A DNA stretch of 64,000 nucleotides from Dimorphilus gyrociliatus (GCA_904063045.1 CAJFCJ010000017.1:310001-374000); one strand, 5' to 3'; shown: positions 39,435-56,695, counted from the first letter of the stretch. Made by a program: numbers and translations. Notes: a model not told the origin generated them from the sequence alone.

Positions 39435-40930
39435 TTAAAAATGTTTAAATTCTTCAGGATATTTTTCAGTACTGGACACGGCTAACTTTTCTTCTTTGTA
39501 GGTATCGAAATTACGTAAATCCATTGGACCTTTGCATTTCGGAACGTAGGGAGCTCTTAAAGATTTATTATAAATTGCCCACCAATCTAATCCATTATTC
39601 CATTTATGATTTTTTATATCCAATACGCCATTCCTAAAAAGTATAAATTAATTAGTTAATCAATTTATTAATTAATTAATTAAAGCAAAAAAAAAAAACC
39701 TCAAGTTTCCAAATCTCCTTGTGATGTCAGTTTGTAATAGATTAGTTATCAGATCAGCAAGATCCTTTGAAAAGAAACTCGGTATATGAAAGATTCCCTG
39801 AGATATTTGCGTATAAATCTTCGTCATGTCATTATTCGTAAATGGAGGAATTCCAGCTGCCATTTCATAAATCAAAACTCCCAGAGTCCACCAATCAACG
39901 GATTTGTTATAGCCTCTACTCATAATAATCTCTGGTGCTATATACTCTGGAGTTCCACAAAAAGTCCATGTTCTATCTTTAATCTTCTTAGCAAAACCAA
40001 AATCTGTAAGCTTTAAATAGCCATCTAAACAGATTAGAATATTCTCAGGTTTCAAATCCCTATGCACTATACCCAAATTATGTAGATATTCGAAAGCTAA
40101 GACAACCTTTAAGTGTTTTTTAAATGATAAGAAAATAGAAAGATCTTGTAATTTTTAACTGAAAGAGTTATTGAATTAATGTTAAATATATACTTGACTA
40201 GCGTAAAATTTGGCTACTGATTCGGAAAATCGACCTATTTTCCTTAAATGAGTAAACATTTCACCACCCTCTACGAAATCCATAATTAGATATAAATTTG
40301 AATTATCTTTACAGCAATAGTGTAGTCCTACTATAAACGGATTTCGGCAAGCTGCAAGAATTCTTTTTTCATTAAGAGTATGTTGTATTTGTTTCTTAAG
40401 AACAATTCTCTCTTTATCCAATATTTTCATAGCGTAATATTTATTATGTTCTCTTTGTTTAACTAGTACAACCCTTCCGAATGAACCGGTTCCAAGAGTC
40501 TTAAATATTTCGAATTCGTTTAGAGACGTCTTTGTCGAACTTTCATTATTTAACCTCTCTTCGTATTTAATAGCAGCCTCCGCTAATAGTTCTTTAACTA
40601 GTAAAAACTTCGATTTAACATCGTACAGCTATTTTAATGAGTTAATTAATTATAAATACATTTTGTTATTAGCTCTTCATTCATACTATATCCCCCACTT
40701 CCAGGAGGTAGGACGGGTGGAATACCACCTTTCTTCCTTTCTTCAACCTGTCTATTTTCATCATCCTTACCATTTCTCCTTCCCGGTAATACTGATAGAA
40801 AGTTAGATTAGAAGAAAAGCACAATATTTAAAATATATTACATTTAGTTAATTAATTAATTAATTAATTAATTAAAAGTCTAACTAAACTATTAACTTAA
40901 CTAACAATCTAATAATTTCGATTTTATCAT
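39435..40930 (-). CDS. PRKACA: cAMP-dependent protein kinase catalytic subunit, divergent paralog
   Basis: [50 protein letters not shown] and terminal EEFKHF*. The ATG at 40930 is my best guess through two small introns. The symbol indicates family, not orthology. Confidence 0.85.
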
Positions 40931-41960
40931 ATTTATCCTCCTTCCCCAAAACAAATTTCCTTAATTAAAATTAAAAGTTTTATAAGGAAGATAAGGAAAA
41001 ATGTAATTCTTATTATTTTTGGTTAGTTTCTTAAATAATTAATAATTTAAACATTTAAAAATAATTAATACTATTAAAAAATTATGTTAGGCCTACCTAT
41101 AATTATTATTTAAATAATTAGTATTTCTATTTATTTTCTACTGCAAAAAGGAGAGCAGAATAGGAAACGAAACTTTCCCTATAATACAGTAAATATACTG
41201 TATAGTAGGCTATAAAGTTTGTATACTTTATAAATAAAATAGTATGGCGTTTGTTTCCCGTTTTTTAAAAAGATAAGAAATATTGAAATAAAGTGGTCTT
41301 TATTGTGTGAAATGTGTAATAATAGGGTTCTGTATTGTACAGTTATATAGTTTATCTTAATATAGGTTTATACAGCTATGTATATACTCTATATATATAC
41401 TGTTTGTACATATTGTTATTTATACAACGTAATAGTAAACAGGGTTCAAATACAGGTTTGCAATATTTGTTTAGTTTATAAGAAAGATTTATAATGTTTT
41501 TACAGATAATCCTAATTTTATATACGCCCACAACGATGTAGTTTATCTGATAGTCCTATATATAAAGCAGCTTGTACAGTAGGTTTGTGCTCTTTCAACA
41601 TTAATTTCCACTCTCTATAGTTTGTTCAATATGGAAGACCGACATTGTTCTCCCTTACTGTTATATCTCGAAAGAAATCAAGTACGTTCAAAAGCTATAA
41701 AAATGGCCAATTAGTCGTTTTATCCATTCATGTTTCAAAAATATTAACAAGAAAAACATAAAATTTAAACAGTACAAGTAAATTTCTTCGCTTAAAGCTT
41801 GAATGTTCTTTTGAACAAGCGCATGTATACACAGTGGTAGAAATAACTTAACTGATTAACTTAAAATATATACTGAACAATCAAGTAATCGTCAGTTAAA
41901 TGCAGTATAAGTGTATAAAAAAAAAACAACAAAGACAGGAAAAGAAGAAGAGTGTTTTTT

Positions 41961-44275
41961 CTACTCGCTATCAGAGAAGACAATATGCTGACAAGTTTCT
42001 CTCATTCTACTAGCGGCATTCATTAATTTTTTCGTCCCTCTCTCCTTTTTACGTTTCTTCCTAGACTCTCGGCATTCGGCTTGCTTTTCAGTAACCGTTT
42101 TGAAATATTCTTCTTCTTCCGTTGCTGTATTGATATAAAAGATTTTGTATGTTTTTTCTGTTTATATAGTATAAAATAGTCAAAATTGGCGACTTTAAAC
42201 GCTTACGTTTCATTCGGAAAAAGGTTAAAGAGTCAAAATTCCTTTTCAGAATTTGATTAGTTTGAGTGACTGTTTTGCAACGAACGTAACCTTGGCTAGC
42301 ATCGTCTTCAAAATCAATATAGTGGACCTGAGAAGGTCGTAGGCTTTCCTTAAAAAAGAAACTTGTATTAGTAACAAAATTTCCTTTTTTTTTACTTTAA
42401 TTATTTCGTACTTCGATATCCTGCCATTTTGAGGGAAACTCTGATTTGACTTTTAAAACTGTATTTGGAACAAGGACGGGCTTTCCATTTTCACCAATTT
42501 CTTCCTTATGTCGAGACACTATTTCAGAAAATCAACAAAATATAGTTTAGCCAACATAATAATTAATATATTCGAGAGTCTTACGTGCGTCCTTTCTTAG
42601 TATATCTGATTTTAATTCTTCTTCATCTGCCTTCTCTTCACTCATCAATTTAGACTTCTTTTCTTTCCAAGACTTCAGATTCTTTTTCAGATTTGCCATA
42701 CTATCTTTTTGTAAATTCAAATACTCCTTTTTAAGATTCAGCCATTCCTTTCTAAGGAAAATATGCGTAATTCATGAGCAACAATGGAGAATTATGCAAA
42801 CAAAAAGGCAAATAAAAATCTGGGGTAAAACAAAACTTAAAGGCGAGTGTACTTCTAGTCAGAAATCAACAATATCCGACGAGCAGAACACACGCATTCA
42901 AATATTTGCACAAACTGATATCGAAAATGGGAATAAAATTGGTGACAACATCGAACTACCAAAACCAGTGAAAATCTAGTCAAGATCCTTTAATACTAGA
43001 CCAGAAAAACACCAGTTCTGGTTGTGCGAAAATAAACTAACATGTGAAGAACTTTTGATTGAAAGATCTCAAAAGAGGCACACCCACTTGCTAATAACTT
43101 TTAATTCAGCAGGAAAATCGGCTAATGGCTTTCTCTTTCTAATCCTTTTCTTTTTCTGTTTCTTTATGTCTACTTGGTCGGATATTGTTACAGTTTTGGC
43201 CTTTTTATTGGGTAGTTCTTCCGTTTGACTATCTTCATTGTCTGATAATTTACGTTTCTGTTGATTGCTATCTAAAATAGCTTTCTCTTTACCATTCTCG
43301 CTATTTTCACCTTTATCATTCGTCGAATTCTCCGATTGTAACTCTAAATTTGTTTCTCTTTCCTCCGTTGTATCTTTAATAGAGTCGGTAAATGATTTTA
43401 CCTCTTTAGAGATTTCTATAAACAATATTCAACTTTAGCTTTAGTCTGTTTGCATAAATTATCAAATATTATACCTTCAATTTGCTTTTCTAAGATTTTT
43501 CCTTGTTTACACATCCTCGGGAATCTGCCAATACCATGAGGATCGCTATTGACTTGACTGACTGCCCGAGTAGCCGCTTCGACTGTTTCGAACTCTACAA
43601 AACCAAAACCTTTGAGGTCACCAGTACTTTTAAATCTAGGCAGGCTCACATAAACGACATTGCCAAATCTGGAGAATAGCTCTTTAATCCAATCATGCTT
43701 CACTCCCGGCGGTAATGGTTCCTTAAAGAGATAAAAACGATATAAAGCTTTCAGGAATAATAATAATCACACCATTACAAACCAAATATATAGTTCTATC
43801 GTCAATATCAAGTCTCGGTGAATACGGCTGTTTTCTTTTAACTTTCAGCTTATCGTCGCTTAACTAAAAATATTATACATAGTAAATCCTTTCTAATTAC
43901 ATTAACTATATTCTTTACCACTAATTTATCAGAACCGTTAATCGCCTTAACCATTAAATTCGTATCAGTCGTTAAAGCCGCCAGCTTATTAAATTTACAA
44001 AAAAGTTCAAGAGGTAAATCTATTGGATAAAATTTTATTAGAATTTGCAGTTAATACATAAATAGTAACTTACATCCATCCTCTGAATCATCAATTTTCT
44101 GCTTAAGAAAACGATCCTTGCCCAAATTCGCATCGCTAAAGTAAAATTCAATCTGTCGTTAACATTTAATCAGCCTATAATGAAAAAGTAGGTCAACGTT
44201 TAGTACCTGTTCGCGAACGCTCTTCAACAGCTTCTTCTTACGACTACGCCGCTTTCGGACATCTTTATCTTCCAT
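41961..44275 (-). CDS. LARP7: La-related protein 7 (La motif, RRM1, C-terminal xRRM)
   Basis: RRSRKKKLLKSVREQ|IEFYFSDANLGKDRF; GNVVYVSLPRFKSTGDLKGFGFVEFET; KEWLNLKKEYLNLQKDSM; terminal RGTKKL...HIVFSDSE*. Confidence 0.92.
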
Positions 44276-45015
44276 TCTGTTAAACAGACCACTTTCATAT
44301 AATGAGAATATAAAATATATAACAAAAAAACATATATATATATGTAATATTCTAGCTGCTTTACCTACACAAAAAATGATTGCCTTCTCTCAAACAAACC
44401 GTTATTGTACATATGCACAGGTAATTCTAAAATTACCTATTTACGGAGTCTACAAATCTTTAATAAAAGTAACTTTGTCAAGTTATTTTCAGAGTGATTA
44501 TGTGGCATTTGTACTTCTTCACTCTCGACGATATACTGTCGAGCGATATTTCAGAAGTACGTGCTAAAATCCAGTTAACTCTTACTCGTACTGAATATAA
44601 AGTAGTTTTTACATTATATTAATTTGATTGAAGAACAAATTTAAGTAAAAAATAAGCTATAACTCGAACGAATATAATATACAGGTACGTAGCAATAAAA
44701 GTCATAAAACCTTTCTGTCACTGTGGTTGCGCGAAACCGTGTTTGATGCGTTTCGGTCAAGAAAGAAAGAAGGTCGCCTATTGGTTGTGTCTTTTACTGA
44801 CCAATAAGATTCGAGAAGCTGAAAATTTTGTATCAAAAGCGGTAATTGGACTAAAAATATGTTAGCGGGAAATGGTTCGGTACTCTGTAAACTTTGAATT
44901 TATTATCGAAATTTGTTTCTTTTGTATATTTTATAAAAGACAAAAGCACAAAATATAATTAGTCCTATGATAGTCGAGTTCATCGCTAATTATATACGGA
45001 AAAAATTGACGTGTC

Positions 45016-47621
<2,606 letters not shown>

Positions 47622-48538
47622 ATCCAATTTTGGAAACGGTGTACTGCCGTCAGGAATTATTTTGCTGGCTTGATTTGTGACCGATCATATGAAAAAAAAA
47701 CAAGACAAGAAGAAAAAATTTCCAAAGTATATGCGTTACGTCTGACGGAAAAAAGAATCAACTTCCGTTTAATCCAAATGTTTAGACTGGTTGCCGCTCG
47801 TGGTGTGCACAGCCAGTTGTAGAATTGAAGAAGAGCAGGTAACCGAAGAAAACATCTTCTGCTTTGGTGTTGTCTTTCAAAAAATGATAAATATTTGAAG
47901 TTTAATTTTTTGTGTATAAGCTAAAATATCAGTCTGTGCAATCCACATAAAAATTATCCTTTTACCTGAATTACATAGCAATTATTTATGCTTCACTCAA
48001 GTGCAGACAAGTCTCTATTTAACATAAACTATGAATCAGCCTTTCTTATTTACCGAAATGGTTTCTAGTCATATTGAGCCTACAGATAAGTTGACATCTT
48101 ATTGATGTAGTTGAGAGATTGCAACCTCTAATTAACATTATTGATGAAAGACACTATAAAATTCTTTCATGTGATGGTTGTCTGCTTACAAGCACTTCCC
48201 ATCAATCAAATTTTATAATTTTCAGCCTACTTAATTGAACTTGATAGAAATAAGTAAAACATTGCCAAATTAAAAAGTACATGGTTTCACTACAGTTAAA
48301 TAGCAAATATATTTACACTACTTGACTTTGCTTTATTTGGAAAGGCTTTCAAAGCTTGTCATGGTATATCGTATTTCCATCTTATTCTCTTATTAACTAC
48401 TTTCTTCAGGTGTGAAAAGTAGTTAATTGCTTTATAAACATATACAATCTAAGGTTAGTTAGAAAATAAATATACTCTTTTGTGTTTGTATTGATTTGTT
48501 TTTGAGTACTTTTTTATTAATAGGAATGAAGGAAAAAA

Positions 48539-50068
48539 TTATTCAAGACCAATTAGCAGATCATTTTTGGTTTCACTTTGAATAGTTTTATCATCCTCAT
48601 CCTCGTTCAGAATTTCATCATCTTCGTCTTCATCATCGTTAAGATTTTGTGCACCATATCCAAACGTTGATTTGGATAAATCAACTTCAATTGGAAATAA
48701 CTGGGCTGTTTTTAAAACTTCGTGGCATTCTGTATGGTATACAGACATAGCACTGACTAGCTTCTGCAATTGAAATACGATATCCTGTACATGTTTCTGA
48801 TCGAGAAGTTCTAATTTTACTAGGACATCGGACCGTAGTTTAGCAAAACGAACTCTTGCTAATTGTCTACATCTAAGAACCAATCTGTATTCATAATTTC
48901 CTGTTTCGACTCTGTAAAGACATTCACCAAGAGCGGTATATGATTGTTCTTCATCGTCCAATTCTTTGACTTTGAGACAGTACGATAAATACTCAAATTT
49001 TGCATCCAAATACTTTTTAAGAGTTAGTCGGGTATCTGGAACAGCTTTGTGAAGGAATGTATTTAAATCCGAGACAATAGGTTTGACTTTATTGAAAAAA
49101 ACTATAGCAGCTTTTTGAATATTCCTATGAGCTTCTCCAAGCTGAGAAAAAGCTTCTGAGGCAGCTGGCTGTGGTTCCCTGCACCCTATACCACTAAAAA
49201 CATCACCAAAAGCTCGATGACATTGAGAAAGATTAAGAAACGATCGTAAATATCGTTTGCTATGCTCTACCATTCCCTTATAGACATGAGCTGTTCGCTC
49301 AAGTTCTTGTAACTTCTTTAACAAGGAATCGTTGCATAAGATTGCCCTGCTTAAACCTAATGCATCAGCAGTTGAAGAGTCCATCGACTCGACTACTTTA
49401 TGCTTAATCTTTTTTAAGACAATATCTAAAGTTTTTCCTTGCTTAGGATCAGCATGTAGTTTATTATATTTAATTGTAACAGCTCCTTTGACTGATTGAA
49501 TCATTCTAGCTACTTCAACTCGGCTTCTGCCCTTAACACTGTAAGTTTGAACTCCGACTATTTCATCTCCCGCTGCTAACGTTCCATCATTACCGGCTGG
49601 TGTGTTGTCAAAGACCTGTACCACGTACACACAGGGACAGTAAGGGGCACCACCACCAATTGATATGCCAATTAGGTTCTGGTCATCTTTATTCAAGGTT
49701 GCGGCTCCTGACGTAACCGTCATGCCCCTGTTGAGAAATACATGCTTATTATAACATATTAATCGTTTATGATTCAAGCAATACAATATCTTTCTATTGG
49801 CCCTACTTATCATCTAATAAGGTTCGAAATGTTCTACACTTTACTTTCTTATACATGTTTGGTGTGAGGTTTAAAGGTAGCAAAGAGTAATTACATAAAG
49901 TTCAGTGAGTACTAACATAGCTAGTGAGAAATGTCACTAAAATGAATTGAAAAAAGCCTATGTTCGAAACAGATGTTACTCAAATGAGCATAGAAAAATC
50001 ATTAAAATATCATATAATAAAGAATGTATAGCTTACATAGTATCTTCTTCTAGTTCATCAGCATACAT
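48539..50068 (-). CDS. PICK1: Protein interacting with C kinase 1 (PDZ + AH/BAR)
   Basis: Exon 1 MYADELEEDTM (50068-50037) spliced to GMTVTSGAATLNKDDQNLIGISIGGGAPYCPC; BAR region LDAKFEYLSYCLKVKE; acidic tail. Confidence 0.95.
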
Positions 50069-50399
50069 TTTAATGGCTTATGGACAAAGCAGAAACGATT
50101 AAAAAGTATATAGACTAGAATTTCGTGACTAAAATTTTTAATATTATACGGGTCTACAGCGGAAGTGGACGGTAGGAGAAACTGGTCAACAATCTGTAAT
50201 GTTTTGCCAATTCCAAAAATAAAAAATTACATTAAATAAAAAACGCTATTATGGCATATGATAACTCGTCTAGATTAGATATGAATAAATAGACAATATT
50301 CTCATGTTCGTTCCACTGCCAACATTGCAAAACTCTCTGAAGATATCTTGTTTTCTTCATATTCGGGCGATATTATGCTAAACTCTTATTGGTTCGGTT

Positions 50400-53300
50400 A
50401 TGCCGCAGTCACACATCTGGCTCATTTCCACATCGGGTAAAGTTTACACATTAGCTACTGGCGAGCAGACATATAAGCGAATACCAAGTATTGGTTTGCA
50501 GAAGCCAAATGTGAAAAAAGTTGCCTGTTGTCCTTGGGCAGCCTGGGCAATTGGATCTGATCATAATGTTTATCAGTTTGTCCATCACTCAGCTGTCCCA
50601 ATACGATATCAAGAAGAAGTTTACGAAAATGAAAGATGGCTTCCGACTCGTGGATGGTCTGGTAGACATCTGCTACCAGGTCTTGATCCTGCTAATTGGT
50701 CCAACAAAGACGGAACATACTACTTGGTTCTTGATGATGTCAAACTACCGTCATCTTCATGGAAATGGGAGCACGACTGGTACGTTGACGAAAACGTTGA
50801 TGGGGAAGTAACAGATAAAGGTGGTTGGCGTTATTCAACGTTAGACTTTATTAGGGGGAAATTTGGAGCTACTAAAAGATATAATTCTTGTGTAAGAAGA
50901 AGAAGATGGATTAGACATAGAATTTACAGGTATACTAATATTTTATATTTTTAGCGTTCTTATTTTACATTTTACTACCTTTTTTAAAGTTCTACTGGTC
51001 AGTGGTCTATTATTCCTCCCCTTCGCCTTGATCCCTTATCAGAGCCTTTAGTATCGTTAGCTGTTGGAGGATTCTCTCTACCTAACGCAACACCAGGAAG
51101 TGCAACCGTATGGGTTGTCAATATTATGGGTCAGATATATTATCGAAGCGGAATAGTGAGAGATAAACCAGAGGGAACAAATTGGAATCAATTGTCTATA
51201 TCATCAGGTGAAGAAGTATTGTGTATAAATGCTGGTCCAACCTATCTGATATGGGCTATTACTTGGTCTGGTGATGCGATGGTCAGAAAAGGAGTTAGTT
51301 GGAGATGTCGGATAGGAGAAGAATGGGTAAAAGTACAGGCTCCTGAAGAATCAGATCATTTAGTTCATGTCGGCGTGGGCTCGCATACTGTTTGGGCGGT
51401 CTCTGTTTCTGGTAAAGTGTGGTTTAGGAGAGGAATTACTGAAGCTAAGCCGGATGGAACGTCTTGGGTTGGCATGGTAGACCGCATGAGAACTGTTAGC
51501 GTTAATGCATCAGACCAAGTGTTAGGAATTTGTAATGATCTGAAATTACATTTTAGAAGAGGAATTACTCCAGAATCTCTAAGTGGTAAGACTTGGGAGC
51601 AGTTTGCCAAATTTTCCGTCGAACACTATAAAATTCCATCCACACTAACTCCTATTATCAGGCAAAAACGTCTTTCACAAACCAAGCCAATAAACATAAT
51701 ACCTTCAGCTCCTCCGGGAAGACAGAAACGTGACGTTGATCTAACCTCCCTTAGTGTAAGCTATCATAAGAGGACGCCATCAGAGGGCTCTAGTCTTGGC
51801 GATAATAGTGAAGATTTGGAAGAAGATGATACTGAAAGTGAAGAAGAGAACGAAGAGGAGTCTGAACCTGAAGACGACGAGAAAGGTCTAAAATGGATTT
51901 GGGTTTCAGCTTCGTCCTGTCTTGCTCAAAGCGAGGAGGAATTAACAATGTGGACTGTAAAACTGCTTACAAATTCAATTGAAAAATTATCTAATTCGTG
52001 GAAAAAAGAAATCCTTGAAAAATTACGTTCAAGACGTTTGAAAGAGTTTTCTTCATTTAAATCGAAAAAATACAGATTAGCAGTGGAAGAGGTAGGATGG
52101 ACAAAAGAGACGTCTATGCGACTGGCTTCAGACTCAAAACGACAGCAATGGATTGACTGTAAGATATGCTTGACTCAGGATACGCTACATTCTTCTTTAC
52201 TACTTCTTTGGGAAAAAAATCAACAGATAATGCCTGTTTCCGATATCCTTTGTGTTCATTCTTTGGCAAAGTTTCCTGTCTTTATTCTTTCTACAAAAAG
52301 CTCTAAAGATTATCGGAACTTGGATCGATTCTGTTTACAAGCTCAAAGCGAATCGGAAAGAGAAGAATGGTTACAACTTCTTAGATCGGTAGATTATAGA
52401 TCTGAAAATTGTCGAAAAGAGGCGTGGGCTATATCATCGTTTGGACAAGCCTTTTATCGAAGAAATGATGCTTGGAAATTAGCCGGAAGTGGTCATTTTC
52501 ATCAAGTATCAACAGATGGTGACTCTATTATCTGGACTGTTGGAGTCGATGGAGTTGCGTGGTTTTATGATGAAGGGAAGTCAAATATTCAATTAGATAA
52601 AAGTATTTCAATAATTTGGGAAAATCAACGGTGGAATCCGATAAGTGGATACAGTTCCCGACGTCTTCTTCTGGATCCACCTTCTTGGATGGACGAGAGA
52701 GGGCGTGCCTGTAATAAAAATGATGTAAAATTACCAAGTTCGAAATGTGTTTGGACTAACGATTGGGCTATAGATATGAAACCGGATGGAGGAGCTGATA
52801 AGGATGGTTGGCAATATGCCAGAGACTATACCCGAACATGGAGGGCCCAGAGGAAGCTTCGTCATTCTTATGTTCGTCGTAGGAAGTGGGTGAGGACTTG
52901 GCGATTATCTAGTTTAGGACCTTGGACAGAGGTCGACTTGAGTCCAGACGCTCCAAAGTTGTCTGAAGTCACAGTCAGAACTCTATGGAATGGGGAAGCA
53001 AAAGTATGGTGTTCAACTGAATCGGGTGAACTTTTAGAACGACTAAACGTAAGCGAGAGTTTGCCAGGGGGCAGTGCTTGGCGGCACGAGGCAATGGACT
53101 TAAAATTCTGTTCCGTTTCGGCAGCTGACGAGAGGAGGGTGTGGGCTGTTTCAACAGAGGGAGCAACTTGGTTGAGAGGTTCGAGACCAAGCGAAGAATG
53201 TTGGATTCATGTCCCTCCCCCGTCAAGTGTAAAACTAGTTCAAGTGTCTGCAGGTAGAGGTAGTGTATGTGTTAGAGACGAAAAAGGAAATATTTGGGAG

Positions 53301-53606
53301 AGAAGAGGCGTTAATGCTTCTTTACCAGAAGGTACAGATTGGCAGGAGATTGCTACGGAATCCTGTCACGTAGCCGTAGGTGATGATGATAGGGTAAGCT
53401 TTAAAATATCAATAATTGATTAACTACTTTGCAAACTAACAACATAATTATAATTGTAACAATGACGTCATTTTCCAGGTGTGGATTGTTAAAACTAGTC
53501 CAGAAAACGAATGCTTTCAAGACATTCAGCAAATTCTTCCAACAAATTGCGCAGTATTAGCGGTAAGCAATAAATAGGAGACATACTTATAGATATAGAA
53601 ATAGAC

Positions 53607-53638
<32 letters not shown>

Positions 53639-53717
53639 GTATAGTCGACTAAAAATGTTAAATAAATAATTTCCTGCTTGTTTACAGGATGGATGGAAAC
53701 ACGTTTGTCTTCGATGA
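50400..53717 (+). CDS. TECPR1: Tectonin beta-propeller repeat-containing protein 1
   Basis: MPQSHIWLISTSGKVYTL; two DysF domains (YENERWLP...GGWRYS...VRRRRWIR and WENQRWNP...GWQYA...VRRRKWVR); tectonin repeats (WAVSVSGKVWFRRG); PH-like region. Last exons 53480-53561 and ~53688-53717. Confidence 0.92.
53608..53638. repeat. (GATA)n microsatellite in the last TECPR1 intron
   Basis: Direct reading of the sequence. Confidence 0.9.
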
Positions 53718-54277
53718 AAAGATCCGTAAACTTATATTTATTTGATTTCAGAATTGTCTCAGGTTTACAAAGTGATATATGATTTATCCTTTTGTCTTTG
53801 AAATAAAAAATTTTCCAATTTTATTTAATCTATTGAAGTTCCTTTCATTGTAAAATAATCTTGCTATTTAAATATGTCGGTTTAAGGTTACTATGGAAAA
53901 AAAACAAGGAAAGTTTGATTGAAATTAGAACAATGAGACTATTTAAAGTCGAAGCTTGTTTTTTTCTTTTACAAATACGTTTATCTTGTAATATTAGAAA
54001 ATTAAGACTATTTAATTAACTTCTGCTTATTATCAAGCTATTGTCCCTAGCCTTTATTGATAAGACATGTGTCATGAATATCGGACAAGCTAGTCAATAC
54101 GCTGTCTCTAGACTTGTTGTTTTTTAAATGTACTTTGGTACACTATAGATAAATAACGCACTTGAAAACCTTAAATATTAAGATTTATTTCAATTCTAAA
54201 AAACAACAATTTGATTTTTATCAACGGGTTTCTTTAAGGGAATAACAAAATTCAAGAACATTTAAAGGTTAATAATT

Positions 54278-56632
54278 CTAAATATTTTCAATCCTATCTT
54301 CTTGCTGGTCTAGTTGTTTGCGAATCTCTCTTGGTAAATCAATTCCTACCTGATTTTCTAAATACATTCGAGTTTCTTCCATATCTTCTTTCCAATAATC
54401 TTTTGGTATACTCATTAACTGCTCCATATCAATATCTCCTAAACCAGAGGTATCTATTGAATTTGGTTTAGGTATTAAACCGATTGGACTACTTTCCGCA
54501 ATATCTTCCCCTTCTAAACGACGACAAATCCAATCCAGAACACGAATATTATCACCGAATCCGGGCCACAAAAATTTTCCTGTATTAATATCTTTTCTGA
54601 ACCAATTAACATGAAAAATTCTGGGCATAGGATGCTTTTTATTCATATCTAACCAATGACGAAGATATTGTCCAAAGTTGTAGCCGAAGAATGGTCTCAT
54701 TGCCATTGGATCGTGCATAATTTTTTTACCAGTATGTTCGGCAGCAGCTGTAGCTTCAGATTTCAAAGATGCACCAACAAAAACACCATGATCCCAGTCA
54801 CGAGCTTCAAATACAAGAGGTACACCTCGAGGTCTACGTCCACCGAAGATAATAGCATCAATGGGTACACCTTCGGGATCTTGCCACTTGTCGTGAATGA
54901 TCTTACAATTCTCGGCAGGTGCACAGAATCTAGAATTAGGATGGGCAATTCTTGATCCATCCCCAACTTGGCAGTGCTCTCCCATCCAATTAGTTACCTT
55001 TGTGCCCGCTGGTATTTCATCTTCAAGTCCTTCCCAAAATATACCACCATCTTCAGTCAATCCAACATTTGTGAAAATAGTGTTTTTCATACAAGCATCA
55101 AGTGCGTGAGGATTTGTTTTTGAACTAGTTCCCGGAGCGACCCCAAAGAAGCCAGCCTCTGGATTAATAGCGTGTAATTTTCCTGTTTTTTCATTAAACT
55201 TTAGCCAAGCTATATCATCACCAACGCATCTCGCCTTCCATCCTGGTAAGTTAGGACATAACATAGCTAGATTGGTTTTTCCGCAAGCAGACGGAAAAGC
55301 AGCACAGATGAAATACTCCTTTCCAGCTGGATTGGTAATGGACATAATTAACATATGTTCAGCAAGCCAACCTTCATCTCTAGCCAGAGTAGAAGCAATT
55401 CTAAGTGCAAAGCATTTTTTTCCTAATAGAGAATTTCCTCCATATCCACTTCCGTAAGATAATACTCTCTTATGTTTAGGTTCATGAAGAACCAAAACTC
55501 GTTCTGGGTTACAAGGCCAATGACTAATTGGTTTTTCTGTAACAAATTGTCATTTATAGAAATAAATCACTTGTAGAAACATTAAGCTATTGTTAGTATT
55601 AGGTCATGTACCTATTTATGATTGTTATTTTTAGTCAATTTTCATGACTTGTGATAAAAAAGAGGACATTGTATCATCAAATTATTAAAAAACAATTAGA
55701 AATAAAAATAGATATATTCACTTGGCAAAGGCCGTGGAACTCCAATTGTGTGAATACATTGAACAAAATCTGAATCTTTTGAGATTTTCTTCCATATACA
55801 AGGGTCAACTCTGGTCATTATTCTCATACTAAGCACTACGTAGTTATAATCTGTCAATTGTATACCAAACTTTGACATAGGACCACCAATTGGTCCCATA
55901 CTGAATGGAATAACATACATAACGCGACCTATAAAATATACAATTAATAAATAGTCTATTTATAGAAATTTAATTATGTACCCTTCATGCTGTTTGGCAT
56001 ACGATCCCGTAGCATTTCCTTTGTGGCAGTTTCTGTACTCATCCATCTACCTAACTCTCCTACGACATCCTCAGCAGTATGGGGAACACTGTCATATCTG
56101 TCATTAGTGACTAAAAATGTTTTTCCCTCAACTCTAGCAACATCGGCCGGATCCGTTCTGCACAAATAGCTAAAAAAACAGATCATAATAATGAGATAGT
56201 CTAGATACTACGTTTGACCTTACCAATTTTCGAATTTAGGATTTGTAAGAGGAAATAATAAGCCTCTTTCAACCAATTTGTCAGCAACTTCAGTAGCTTC
56301 GTCCTCACTTCCATCGCAGAGATAAACAGCTAACGGGTTTAATAATTTCACGTATTTTCCTATAAATCTCCTTGCCCTGTCAGGAAGTTCGTTCCATTCG
56401 CCCTTCATGACGCTAATCCTTAGATCTTCCCCATCATCTAGTGTTTGATAGACATCATACTCGGCCATAGGATATGTCATCGAATTGTGCCGAGTTCTCT
56501 CGTCTATAGCCACCGAGGGGGGAAGAACACGGAACTTATCCGACTGATTTTCCGAGCGTACCCTTGGACCTGCTTCATAGATCGTCATAACCGAAACCGG
56601 TTTATAGGACTATTAATATACTTACTGGACAT
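54278..56632 (-). CDS. PCK: Phosphoenolpyruvate carboxykinase (GTP)
   Basis: YLCDGS; [11 protein letters not shown]; YVIPFSMGP; [19 protein letters not shown]; [14 protein letters not shown]; VGDDIAW; FHVNWFRK. Predicted 7-nt first exon ATGTCCA|GTAAGT at 56632. Confidence 0.95.
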
Positions 56633-56695
56633 GCTTTGATTGATTTCAAATTGCTTAGTAAAATCAGAATTTACTAAAATCTTATACACATGGAT

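Noticed and set aside
41555-41690. TATA-like motif, intron-like segment and 27-codon plus-strand ORF (MEDRHCSP...)
   Set aside because: The donor lies too close to the TATA box for a normal start site, the ORF is tiny and I recognise no homology.
42753-43078. Long LARP7 intron as a snoRNA/miRNA host (vertebrate LARP7 hosts mir-302/367)
   Set aside because: Only a 7-bp hairpin; no C/D or H/ACA boxes and no long stem. Similar-length introns occur in PICK1 and the ZNF gene.
44728-44740. 13-mer CGTGTTTGATGCG shared with ~63412
   Set aside because: Many 13-mer matches are expected by chance among all pairs in 64 kb.
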